Shown here in pieces: positions 9,554 to 18,419 of a DNA stretch of 64,000 bases; within the stretch, counting starts at the first letter, position 1; each line of letters opens with the position of its first letter. Location: positions 80,681 to 144,680 of the forward strand of contig JAYQDD010000002.1 in assembly GCA_038138145.1 (NCBI GenBank). Direction: 5' to 3'. The notes beneath the pieces were generated by a model. That model did not search any database, was not told the origin of the DNA, and saw only the letters and a list, made by a program, of their open reading frames with translations. Source of the stretch: Formosa sp. GTDB taxonomy: Bacteria > Bacteroidota > Bacteroidia > Flavobacteriales > Flavobacteriaceae. A program made the translations under genes and the position numbers.

Positions 9554-10078
9554 ATGAGCAAAATCGTATCTCCACTCAATTTTAAAGCTTGGATTGAAGA
9601 AAACCGAGCCCTACTCAAGCCCCCTGTCGGCAATAAATGTGTTTGGCAAGATGGCGAATTTATTGTGATGGTTGTTGGTGGCCCAAACAACAGAAAAGAC
9701 TATCATTACAACGAAACACCAGAATTTTTCTATCAAATTGAAGGTGATATTGTGTTGAAGATTATTGATAATGGTGTTGCTAAAGATGTCCACATCAAAG
9801 AAGGAGACATCTATTTACTGCCTGCCAAAGTACCCCATTCGCCACAACGCGGAGCCAATACAGTGGGGTTAGTTATAGAATATCCAAGAGCTGAAGGTGT
9901 AGAGGACGCTTTGGAATGGTACTGCGAATCTTGCAATCATCAATTGTACAGAGAACCCTTTACACTAAAAAATATAGAGACCGACATGCCAGCCATTTTT
10001 GATCGCTATTACTCTGATGAAGAAAAATGCACTTGTGACAAGTGTGGAGCCGTAATGCAAGCTCCAAATAATTTATAA
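9554..10078 (+). CDS. nbaC: 3-hydroxyanthranilate 3,4-dioxygenase
   Basis: Cupin core FFYQIEGDIVLK...GDIYLLPAKVPHSPQR, plus a C-terminal CxxC...CxxC rubredoxin-like site (CESC/CDKC). Confidence 0.9.
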   Translation: MSKIVSPLNFKAWIEENRALLKPPVGNKCVWQDGEFIVMVVGGPNNRKDYHYNETPEFFYQIEGDIVLKIIDNGVAKDVHIKEGDIYLLPAKVPHSPQRGANTVGLVIEYPRAEGVEDALEWYCESCNHQLYREPFTLKNIETDMPAIFDRYYSDEEKCTCDKCGAVMQAPNNL

Positions 10079-10087
10079 TCCACAAAC

Positions 10088-11170
10088 ATGAAACGTAAAC
10101 TGCGCATCAACGGCCATTCTCACCTTCTTCCCTATCCTGAAGAAATTCCTCAGTTTATGAAGGAAAAAGAAATTTTTTGGGTGGACGATGAACGTAAATA
10201 TATGCTTCAGAAAGGATGGAGTCGTCCTGTTACTCATTCTAGTTTTTTCCTTGACGAAAAATTAGAATGGATGGAAGAAAATAAAATTGATCATGCCGTT
10301 GTTCTCAATCTTTCACAGTTGTACGGCAATGGATTACGTTTGGAAATGATGAAAAAGGCCTTGCGTTTTCAAAACGATTTTAATGCAAAAATTCAACAAA
10401 ACCACGCCTCTAAGTTCACTTGTGGATTTGTGATTCATCCTGGATTTATTCAGGGTGCGCTTTGGGAAATTGAGCGTTGTGTAGAAGAATTAGGGCTGAG
10501 TGTTTTGTGTTTGCCAACACACTTTATGGATAGTATTGGTCAATGGCGTAGCGTTTTTGATCGTGAAAATGATGCGATTTTTGAATTGGCAAACCAGTAT
10601 AATTTAGCTATAGAAATTCATCCTTACGATGGAGATAAAATGATTAAACTCGAAAATTCGTCCTGGCGCTTTCATCTGATTTGGATGTTGGCTCAATGTG
10701 GTGATGCTTATCATTTTTATACCCTCAATGGCATGCAAGAACGTTTTCCAAACATCAGAACATGCTTTGCACATGGTGGTCAAATGGCTCAAATGAATCT
10801 TGGTCGCCGTATTCAAGGGTTTGACGGTCGTCCCGACTTATTTGACGGAAAAACACACCCACGAAAAGCGGTAGGACACCCAAATATTTATTTTGATACC
10901 CTTGTTCATGATACCGATTCTTTTGATTTGATGCTAAAACGTCAAGGCAGCAATCAAATCATTATGGGTCTAGACGACCCCTATCCATTGGGTGAGATGG
11001 AAAGCGAAGCACAATCGTCATATCCAGGGAAATTGTTGGATTTGGCCAAAGAGCGGAACATAATTGATCAAAACCAATATGACGATATTTGGGAAGACAA
11101 TGTATTGCGCTGGTTGTTTGGAAATGATACAGAGAAAATTAACAATTTAACCCAAAAAATTTTAGGATAA
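10088..11170 (+). CDS. amidohydrolase-2 family, candidate 2-amino-3-carboxymuconate-6-semialdehyde decarboxylase (ACMSD)
   Basis: 360 aa with an N-terminal metal motif GHSHLLP. Position directly after the 3-HAA dioxygenase supports the call. Confidence 0.72.
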   Translation: MKRKLRINGHSHLLPYPEEIPQFMKEKEIFWVDDERKYMLQKGWSRPVTHSSFFLDEKLEWMEENKIDHAVVLNLSQLYGNGLRLEMMKKALRFQNDFNAKIQQNHASKFTCGFVIHPGFIQGALWEIERCVEELGLSVLCLPTHFMDSIGQWRSVFDRENDAIFELANQYNLAIEIHPYDGDKMIKLENSSWRFHLIWMLAQCGDAYHFYTLNGMQERFPNIRTCFAHGGQMAQMNLGRRIQGFDGRPDLFDGKTHPRKAVGHPNIYFDTLVHDTDSFDLMLKRQGSNQIIMGLDDPYPLGEMESEAQSSYPGKLLDLAKERNIIDQNQYDDIWEDNVLRWLFGNDTEKINNLTQKILG

Positions 11171-11811
11171 TGCACTTCATTCCAGAAGCGTTAGATCATT
11201 ATGCTGTTCAACACTCCGAAGATGAGCCAAAACTTCTTCAAGCATTAACGCGAGAAACGTACCAAAAAGTATTGCAACCAAGAATGCTTAGTGGTCACTA
11301 TCAAGGGCGCTTGTTGAGTATTATTTCTAAACTGATTCGCCCAAAAACAATATTGGAATTGGGAACGTTCACGGGGTACTCAGCATTATGTTTGGCAGAA
11401 GGAATGCAAAAAGACGGCGAGCTTCATACCATTGACATCAATGAAGAATTGGTCGCATTTCAGAGGCGCTATTTTAATCAGTCAGAATATGGCCACCAAA
11501 TCCATCAACATCTTGGCCCTGCTCTTGAAATTATTCCAAAATTGAAGCTGACCTTTGACTTGGTTTTTATGGATGCTGATAAACCCAATTATATCAATTA
11601 TTTTCATCAAATTATAGATAAATTAAACCCCGGTGGAGTTATTCTTTCGGATAATGTACTGTGGAGTGGTAAGGTCATCGAACCCTTAGACAAAAATGAT
11701 CTTTCGACAAAAATTGTATTGGATTACAATCGTCTTTTAAAAGAAGATAAGCGCTTAGAAACTGTCCTTTTACCTATTCGCGACGGGCTTACCGTAAGCA
11801 TCAAAAAATAA
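11170..11811 (+). CDS. class I SAM-dependent O-methyltransferase (cation-dependent, caffeoyl-CoA OMT / YrrM-like family)
   Basis: ILELGTFTGYSAL SAM motif and MDADKPNY metal site. The ATG shares a base with the ACMSD TAA stop (TAATG). Confidence 0.8.
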   Translation: MHFIPEALDHYAVQHSEDEPKLLQALTRETYQKVLQPRMLSGHYQGRLLSIISKLIRPKTILELGTFTGYSALCLAEGMQKDGELHTIDINEELVAFQRRYFNQSEYGHQIHQHLGPALEIIPKLKLTFDLVFMDADKPNYINYFHQIIDKLNPGGVILSDNVLWSGKVIEPLDKNDLSTKIVLDYNRLLKEDKRLETVLLPIRDGLTVSIKK

Positions 11812-11813
11812 GA

Positions 11814-12098
11814 TTATAACTTTCTACGGACCGAACCCGTCAAATCTTCTATATCGCTTTTCACTTTGTTGATTTCGTCAGAAACATCTTTGGTAAGGTC
11901 TGAATCTATCCCTTGTTTTTCGGCACTACGCTGAATTTCAGTTTTGATATCGTTCGATGCATTTTTTAGCGTACGCATACCCTTTCCCATCCCCTTCGCA
12001 ATGTCTGGGATTTTATCGGCACCAAAAACCATAATCACAATAAAAAGAATGAATACAATTTCGGTACTGCTAATAAAAAGAGGGAAATGATGAATCAT
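11814..12098 (-). CDS. tatA: twin-arginine translocase TatA/TatE family subunit
   Basis: N-terminal TM helix followed by FGADKIPDIAKGMGKGMR, a TatA hallmark. 94 aa. Confidence 0.8.
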   Translation of the reverse strand: MIHHFPLFISSTEIVFILFIVIMVFGADKIPDIAKGMGKGMRTLKNASNDIKTEIQRSAEKQGIDSDLTKDVSDEINKVKSDIEDLTGSVRRKL

Positions 12099-12122
12099 AC
12101 TGCAAATATAGAAAGTATTCCT

Positions 12123-13022
12123 CTAATTATCAGCTAAATTATTGGCCTTAAATTCGATTAACTTTTCTTGCAAATACTGAAGAATTTCTACATCACTTCT
12201 GTTGGTGCAACGCATTTGGAAATCATCGTCATCTGAACAAAAGAAATAAAATTCTGCATGTAGCTCTTCAGCGAGATCTTCTTGTTTAAAAAGTTCGGGG
12301 CCCACAACTTCTTTGACGTACGTCAAAATATTCTTTTCCTTTTCGAACTTTGCAACGCGTTTGAGTTTTTTTGTACGTCCAGTAACTTTATTCAAAAATT
12401 TATTAAAATTAAACATGATAAATGGAAAACCCAAATACACCATTTTGCCGTCATCAGCTTCATAAACTCGGCTTTCTGCTTGTGTTTTTCGTACTCCTGT
12501 GTAACCAGGAATTCCTACATCATAAAAATCCAAAGGACGCTCTGCATCAGAGTTTGCAATATCAGATTTTAAATCTCCAGTCAAAATTTTTCCTACCGTA
12601 ACCTCATCAAGTTCTGTAACAGAGTCCTCCAAGGTCACTTCAATAAAGTTGTTTTCAATCATTTTTGCAGTAATGACCACAAATTTGGGCATATATTGAA
12701 TAGATGAAAAATATAAAGAGTCGGACAATTTTCCTTTAATGGTAAACTCCCCTTTTTGATTTGTAGTGGCATAGCGATATGCCGTCTTATTGATAACGTG
12801 AACACCCTCCACATTGCCATCAGCTTTAATAATTCCTGAAAGTTCACGCGTCTGTGCGTGAATTATTGTTGAAAAAAACAACAGTAATATGGAAATTCTG
12901 GAGGAGTAAAAAATCAAAATAGTTCGTTTTATTTTGTATAAATTTACAAAAGAAATAAAGGTTGTACCAATAAAATCATATAAATGAAAAAACTCATTAT
13001 AGCGAGCACTTCTACTATTCAT
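12123..13022 (-). CDS. CarboxypepD_reg-like domain protein, exported (true start probably TTG near 12941)
   Basis: The segment GIIKADGNVEGVHVINKTAYRYATTNQKGEFTIKG fits a carboxypeptidase regulatory-like beta-sandwich. The first 27 codons overlap pepE antisense. The TTG at 12941 gives MYKIKRTILIF...IIHAQ, a signal peptide. Confidence 0.6.
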   Translation of the reverse strand: MNSRSARYNEFFHLYDFIGTTFISFVNLYKIKRTILIFYSSRISILLLFFSTIIHAQTRELSGIIKADGNVEGVHVINKTAYRYATTNQKGEFTIKGKLSDSLYFSSIQYMPKFVVITAKMIENNFIEVTLEDSVTELDEVTVGKILTGDLKSDIANSDAERPLDFYDVGIPGYTGVRKTQAESRVYEADDGKMVYLGFPFIMFNFNKFLNKVTGRTKKLKRVAKFEKEKNILTYVKEVVGPELFKQEDLAEELHAEFYFFCSDDDDFQMRCTNRSDVEILQYLQEKLIEFKANNLADN

Positions 13023-13691
13023 GGAAGTGGTTACTTAGAATATCTTTTAGAAGAATTAAAGCTTTTTTTTCAATCAACAGAAACCATTGTGTTTATTCCT
13101 TATGCACGTCCTAGTGGTTTGAGTCATGATGCCTATACAGAAATTGCACAAAAAGCGTTTCAAAATATTGGTAAAACAATAATTGGACTTCACCAATTTG
13201 ATGACCCCATTCAAGCCATAAAAGATGCTAAAGGAATTTTTGTAGGTGGTGGAAATAGCTTTGTTTTGGTGGATCAGTTGCATCGAAAAAACATCATGAA
13301 CACACTAAAATCTGTTGTCAATGCTGGCACACCCTATTTGGGTACAAGTGCAGGGAGTAACATTTGTGGTCTTTCTATGGGTACCTCCAACGATATGCCC
13401 ATTGTACATCCGCCAAGTTTCGAAACGTTGGGTGTAATTCCGTTTAATATCAACCCACACTATTTGGATCCTCTACCCGACAGCAAACACATGGGCGAAA
13501 CAAGAGCAACACGCATCAAAGAATTTCATTTTTTCAACACTCAAGCGGTTGTGGGCTTACGCGAAGGCAGTTTTTTAGAAGTGAATGGAGATCAAATTAT
13601 ATTGAAAGGGCCACTAAATGCACGAGTTTTTGAACACCATAAAGCACCATACGAAATAAGTTCTGGAACGGATTTGAGCGATTTGCGTTGA
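12984..13691 (+). CDS. pepE: dipeptidase E (peptidase S51)
   Basis: 235 aa with GGGNSF and GTSAGS (nucleophile Ser) motifs. Confidence 0.85.
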   Translation: MKKLIIASTSTIHGSGYLEYLLEELKLFFQSTETIVFIPYARPSGLSHDAYTEIAQKAFQNIGKTIIGLHQFDDPIQAIKDAKGIFVGGGNSFVLVDQLHRKNIMNTLKSVVNAGTPYLGTSAGSNICGLSMGTSNDMPIVHPPSFETLGVIPFNINPHYLDPLPDSKHMGETRATRIKEFHFFNTQAVVGLREGSFLEVNGDQIILKGPLNARVFEHHKAPYEISSGTDLSDLR

Positions 13692-13694
13692 GCA

Positions 13695-14114
13695 CTAAAG
13701 GGATTTTAAAAAGTGAAATCCTAATTTCTTATACCCTTGTTTCTGGTAAAACTTATGTGATAAAATATTTTCTACATAGGTGTTAAGTTCTATGGTTTCA
13801 TAGCCCTTTTTACTTACATAGTTTTCAATCCAAATCATCAACTGACTACCAAGCCCTTGATTCCTGTATGCTTCTTCGATACAAACATGATCGACTTCAA
13901 CACTTCGACCGGAATAATGTCGCGTACAAAACCACATACCAGCAACTCCAATTAGCTGCTGATGGTCATAGACCCCTACACACTCATAATTTTGAGTTGA
14001 CATTTCCTGTAGACGCTGCAAAAGAACGGCATCAGCAACAGAATCTTTTGCCATTTTTTTGACCAATGGTATTATTAAGCCGATTTGATCGCTTGGAATA
14101 ATTTTAAATTCCAT
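13695..14114 (-). CDS. GNAT-family N-acetyltransferase
   Basis: 139 aa with the acetyl-CoA motif YRNQGLGSQLM. Confidence 0.85.
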   Translation of the reverse strand: MEFKIIPSDQIGLIIPLVKKMAKDSVADAVLLQRLQEMSTQNYECVGVYDHQQLIGVAGMWFCTRHYSGRSVEVDHVCIEEAYRNQGLGSQLMIWIENYVSKKGYETIELNTYVENILSHKFYQKQGYKKLGFHFLKSL

Positions 14115-14132
14115 AATGTGTTAATTATACGT

Positions 14133-14140
14133 CAAAAATA
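14133..14140 (-). promoter_or_regulatory. candidate -7 box (TATTTTTG on the minus strand) for the GNAT gene
   Basis: The revcomp of caaaaata matches TAnnTTTG, 18 nt upstream of the ATG at 14114. Confidence 0.4.
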
Positions 14141-14221
14141 CAATTAAATTATTTTAATAACTGCTCAATAAATGTCGACGAAAGTTATTACAAACACTCT
14201 GTTTTTAACTCAAAAACTTTT

Positions 14222-14229
14222 TATCTTTG
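14222..14229 (+). promoter_or_regulatory. candidate -7 box (TATCTTTG) for gpmI
   Basis: Exact TAnnTTTG match 17 nt upstream of the ATG at 14247. Confidence 0.45.
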
Positions 14230-14246
14230 TGGCTTAACCAACACAA

Positions 14247-15764
14247 ATGAATAAAAAAGTAATTTTAATGATTTTGGACGGCTGGGGAACTTCACCAGAT
14301 CCAAAAGTATCAGCTATTGACCACGCCAATACACCATTTATAGACGCATTGTACGACAACTACGCACACGCAAGCTTGAGAACCGATGGATTACATGTGG
14401 GTTTACCAGAAGGACAAATGGGTAATAGTGAGGTGGGGCATATGAATCTTGGTGCTGGGCGAATTGTTTATCAAGATTTGGCAAAAATCAATTTGGCAGT
14501 AACCAATAAAACTTTAGGTTCAGAAGTTGTTTTGAAAGAAGCTATAGCTTATGCAAAAGCAAACGACAAGCCCATTCATTTACTAGGTTTACTGAGTGAC
14601 GGGGGTGTACATGCCCACATCAATCATCTCTTCGGACTTTTAGATACCCTAGAAGAAAACAAGGTTGAAAACATATTTATTCATGCGTTTACAGACGGTA
14701 GAGATGTAGACCCAAAATCAGGGTTTGGTTTTGTTACAGAACTTGAATCACGACTGGAGGACTCCCCTGCACAATTGGCAACAGTTACAGGACGTTACTA
14801 CGCCATGGATAGAGACAAACGCTGGGAACGAACAAAATTGGCTTACGATGCCCTTGTACATGGTCAAGGAGAATATTCAGAACATTTAACCTCCAATATC
14901 AATAAAAGTTATGACGATGATATTACGGATGAATTTTTAAAACCCATCATTGCCACAAATGAAAACAATGAACCCATTGCCAAAATTAAAGATGGTGATG
15001 TGGTGCTGTTTTTTAATTTTAGAACTGATCGTGGGCGGCAATTGACCGAAGCATTGAGTCAAAAAGATTTTCATGAATACAATATGCATGCACTGGATTT
15101 GAAGTATGTCACCATGACCAATTATGATGATAATTTCAAAAATATTGATGTCATTTTCAATAAAGAAAACTTAGAGAAAACGTTGGGCGAAGTGCTTGAG
15201 GCGAATGGAAAAACACAGCTACGCATTGCCGAAACAGAAAAATATCCACACGTTACATTTTTCTTTTCTGGGGGGAGAGAAACTCCTTTCAATGGAGAAA
15301 GACGCATACTGAAAAATTCACCGAAAGTGCCCACTTACGATCTTAAACCAGAAATGAGTGCATACGAACTCCGCGATGCTTTAATCCCCGTATTGAAAGA
15401 AGAAAAAACAGATTTTGTTTGTTTGAATTTTGCCAACGGAGACATGGTTGGTCATACCGGAGTAATGGAAGCCGCCATAAAGGCCTGCGAAGCGGTTGAT
15501 GAATGTGTAAAGGACGTCGTAAATTGTGCTTTAAAGCACAACTATACCACCCTATTGATAGCCGATCACGGCAACTGTGAAACGATGATCAATCCAGATG
15601 GTTCTCCGCATACAGCCCATACCACAAATCCTGTTCCTATTATTTTGATTGACAAAGATTTAAAACAAATAGAAGATGGGATTTTAGGCGATATGGCGCC
15701 CACAATTCTGAAGCTCATAGGCGTAAACCCACCGTCAGAAATGACTCAAAAATCATTGGTTTAA
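14247..15764 (+). CDS. gpmI: 2,3-bisphosphoglycerate-independent phosphoglycerate mutase
   Basis: 505 aa with LMILDGWG and MGNSEVGHMNLGAGR motifs. Confidence 0.95.
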   Translation: MNKKVILMILDGWGTSPDPKVSAIDHANTPFIDALYDNYAHASLRTDGLHVGLPEGQMGNSEVGHMNLGAGRIVYQDLAKINLAVTNKTLGSEVVLKEAIAYAKANDKPIHLLGLLSDGGVHAHINHLFGLLDTLEENKVENIFIHAFTDGRDVDPKSGFGFVTELESRLEDSPAQLATVTGRYYAMDRDKRWERTKLAYDALVHGQGEYSEHLTSNINKSYDDDITDEFLKPIIATNENNEPIAKIKDGDVVLFFNFRTDRGRQLTEALSQKDFHEYNMHALDLKYVTMTNYDDNFKNIDVIFNKENLEKTLGEVLEANGKTQLRIAETEKYPHVTFFFSGGRETPFNGERRILKNSPKVPTYDLKPEMSAYELRDALIPVLKEEKTDFVCLNFANGDMVGHTGVMEAAIKACEAVDECVKDVVNCALKHNYTTLLIADHGNCETMINPDGSPHTAHTTNPVPIILIDKDLKQIEDGILGDMAPTILKLIGVNPPSEMTQKSLV

Positions 15765-15801
15765 AACTGCCTAAATTTTAGAATCAAACTAAGTTTTTAA
15801 G

Positions 15802-15809
15802 TATCTTTG
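15802..15809 (+). promoter_or_regulatory. candidate -7 box (TATCTTTG) for map
   Basis: Exact TAnnTTTG match. It overlaps the GTG at 15807 used by the ORF track, which argues for the ATG at 15819 or 15825 as the real start. Confidence 0.4.
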
Positions 15810-15818
15810 TGCTTTCAA

Positions 15819-16652
15819 ATGAAGATGCTAAATTTAAAAACTGCCGAAGAAATTGAACTCATTCGTGAGAGCGCTCTTATTGTATCCAAAACACTTGGGA
15901 TGCTTGCCACAAAGGTTCAACCTGGGGTAACAACTTTACATCTTGATGCATTGGCAGAAACGTTCATCAGAGATCATGGGGCCGAACCTGGTTTTTTGGG
16001 ACTTTATGATTTTCCAAACACACTTTGCATGAGCCCAAATGAACAAGTTGTTCATGGTATTCCAAACGACACGCCACTAAAAGAGGGCGATATCATTTCT
16101 ATTGACTGCGGGGCCTTAAAAAATGGATTTTACGGCGATCATGCATACACCTTTGCAGTGGGTGAAATTTCATCGGAAACCCAAAAACTTTTGGAAGTAA
16201 CCAAAGCATCGCTTTATGAAGGGATCAAAGCATTCAAAAAAAATAATCGCGTTGGCGATGTAGGTTTTGCTATTCAAAATTACTGTGAATCTTTTGGATA
16301 TGGTGTGGTGAGAGAATTGGTCGGTCATGGACTAGGACGTGTGATGCACGAAGAACCTGAAATGCCAAATTATGGAAAACGAGGTCGCGGCAAAAAATTA
16401 GTAGATGGTATGGTTGTAGCCATCGAACCCATGATTAATATGGGTACACACCGCATCAAACAGCACAGCGATGGATGGACCATCACAACAAAAGACAACT
16501 TGCCAAGCGCACATTTTGAGCACAACATTGCACTTGTAGATGGAAAACCAGAATTGTTGTCAACATTTGCATATATCAATGAGGCACTTGGTGTAGAAAC
16601 CAATGAAGAAGAAGAATTTAGAGTACATCCATTCGAAAATAAAACCCTATGA
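15819..16652 (+). CDS. map: type I methionine aminopeptidase
   Basis: EEIELIRESA..., the VVHGIPN segment, and metal ligands in DHAYTF / HGLG / EPM contexts. Confidence 0.9.
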   Translation: MKMLNLKTAEEIELIRESALIVSKTLGMLATKVQPGVTTLHLDALAETFIRDHGAEPGFLGLYDFPNTLCMSPNEQVVHGIPNDTPLKEGDIISIDCGALKNGFYGDHAYTFAVGEISSETQKLLEVTKASLYEGIKAFKKNNRVGDVGFAIQNYCESFGYGVVRELVGHGLGRVMHEEPEMPNYGKRGRGKKLVDGMVVAIEPMINMGTHRIKQHSDGWTITTKDNLPSAHFEHNIALVDGKPELLSTFAYINEALGVETNEEEEFRVHPFENKTL

Positions 16653-17443
16653 ATCCTATTCAACACATAGAACAAGAGCTCACGGATTTGAGAACACAAC
16701 TCAATAAGCATCCATTGTACAAAACTCTTGAAACCATAGACGATGTAAAAAAGTTTATGGAAATTCATGTTTTTGCAGTATGGGATTTTATGTCTTTACT
16801 TAAAGCGCTTCAGAGTCTTTTGACTAATAACCGTGTTCCATGGACGCCAAAAGGATATGGGGAAGCAGCACGATTTATTAATGAAATAGTGATGGGTGAA
16901 GAAAGTGATGTCAATGAACTTGGCGAAGCCAAAAGCCATTTCGAAATGTATATTGATGCGATGAATCAAATTCAAGCAGACACTTCGAAAATAAATGCAT
17001 TTATCAGCTCAATAAAACAAGGAGATTCCATTGAAACTGCATTAAACACACATCAACTGGATGATAAAATATGTGCATTTATCAATTTTACATTTGACGT
17101 AATCAAAAGCGGGAAAGAACACTGTATTGCTTCGGCTTTTACCTTCGGAAGGGAAGATGTGATTCCAGATATGTTTTTGGAAATTATTCAACAATCTAAA
17201 ACTAGCAAAGACGATAACCGTTACAGTAAATTGCTGTATTACTTGAACCGACACATAGAAATCGATGGTGATGAACATGGTCCAATTTCACTTAAAATGG
17301 TGGAAACACTTTGTGGCAATGATGCCCAAAAATGGAATGAAGTTCTCGAAGTAGCAAAAAAAGCATTGGAACACCGCATAGTTCTTTGGGATTACATCCA
17401 TGAAAGTATTCTGCGCAAGAAAAAAATTGCGGTTACCCATTAA
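16649..17443 (+). CDS. DUF3050-family protein (heme-oxygenase-like helical fold)
   Basis: 264 aa with N-terminal HPLYKTL...FMEIHVFAVWDFMSLLKALQ, which I recognise as DUF3050-like. Its ATG overlaps the map stop (ATGA). Confidence 0.65.
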   Translation: MNPIQHIEQELTDLRTQLNKHPLYKTLETIDDVKKFMEIHVFAVWDFMSLLKALQSLLTNNRVPWTPKGYGEAARFINEIVMGEESDVNELGEAKSHFEMYIDAMNQIQADTSKINAFISSIKQGDSIETALNTHQLDDKICAFINFTFDVIKSGKEHCIASAFTFGREDVIPDMFLEIIQQSKTSKDDNRYSKLLYYLNRHIEIDGDEHGPISLKMVETLCGNDAQKWNEVLEVAKKALEHRIVLWDYIHESILRKKKIAVTH

Positions 17444-17446
17444 CGT

Positions 17447-18409
17447 TTAAAATCCATTGAACGATTTTAACTCGAGTTCTTTATTTTCATTTTCAAAAAT
17501 AATATGAACTTTTAGTTCAGGGTGATTTTTTAAAAATTTTGACATCTCCTTAATACCCATAGTTTGAAGGGCGGTAGCATAAGCATCTGCAATCATACAA
17601 TTTTTGGCAATGACAGAAACGCTTAAAATATTTGTTTTGCTTGGATATCCCGTATTTGTATCAATAATATGCGTATAGCGTCGTCCATGCTCATCTATTT
17701 TATATTTTCTATAAGTCCCTGATGTAGCCATGGCTTCATTTTTGAGAACAACGGTATCTATGTAAGGAATAGCGCTTTCGGTATTGGGGTTTTGAACACC
17801 AATATTCCATGGCGCATTTTTAATAGAATTTATACCATAGCAAACTATTTCTCCACCAATTTCGACCAAAAAATTAGCAACCTTTTTGCTCTTCAAAAAT
17901 TGGCCTATTCTATCGACGCCATATCCTTTTGCTATAGCGTTAAAATCTATTTTTGTGGCCTTTGGTTTTGTGATATCAAACCCATCAATTGAAACCAAAT
18001 CTAGACCAACAGACTGCATTAAAATCTTAATTTTCAAGCTATCCAATTGTTCAATTTTACCCTCTGGTCCAAAATCCCATGCATTGACTACAGCGCCAAT
18101 GGTAGGGTCAAAACGGCCATTTGTTTGCTCATAAACAATCTTTGATGCCTCAAAAACAGTTTTGAACTGCGCGTCAATTTTTGTTGTTCTGTTTCGATTT
18201 ACTTTGGATATAATCGAATTTGGTATATACGTCGACATTGAGCGATTGATGTCATCAAAAATCTGATCGAATTCATCTTGAAAATTTTCTGAACTGTCAT
18301 AAATTATGGTATATGTTGTACCGAAAACAGCACCAGAATTTCGCTGTTGTGAAGTATTCTCTTGACAAGAAATAAACAGCAATAAAACAAGAAAAGTCAG
18401 ATTTTTCAT
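17447..18409 (-). CDS. apbE: FAD:protein FMN transferase (ApbE), lipoprotein
   Basis: 320 aa with lipobox LLFISCQ and ApbE motifs (TYIPNSIISKVN, AIAKGYGVD, ATSGTYRK, ADAYATAL). Adjacent to the nqr operon. Confidence 0.85.
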   Translation of the reverse strand: MKNLTFLVLLLFISCQENTSQQRNSGAVFGTTYTIIYDSSENFQDEFDQIFDDINRSMSTYIPNSIISKVNRNRTTKIDAQFKTVFEASKIVYEQTNGRFDPTIGAVVNAWDFGPEGKIEQLDSLKIKILMQSVGLDLVSIDGFDITKPKATKIDFNAIAKGYGVDRIGQFLKSKKVANFLVEIGGEIVCYGINSIKNAPWNIGVQNPNTESAIPYIDTVVLKNEAMATSGTYRKYKIDEHGRRYTHIIDTNTGYPSKTNILSVSVIAKNCMIADAYATALQTMGIKEMSKFLKNHPELKVHIIFENENKELELKSFNGF

Positions 18410-18419
18410 TTTGGTTTGA

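Noticed and set aside
12942-13022. A divergent overlap of about 39 nt between the 5' end of the CarboxypepD_reg-like ORF and the pepE start.
   Set aside because: The overlap is most likely an artefact of taking the most upstream ATG. A TTG at 12941 gives a normal signal peptide and removes the overlap, so there is no evidence for real overlapping coding.
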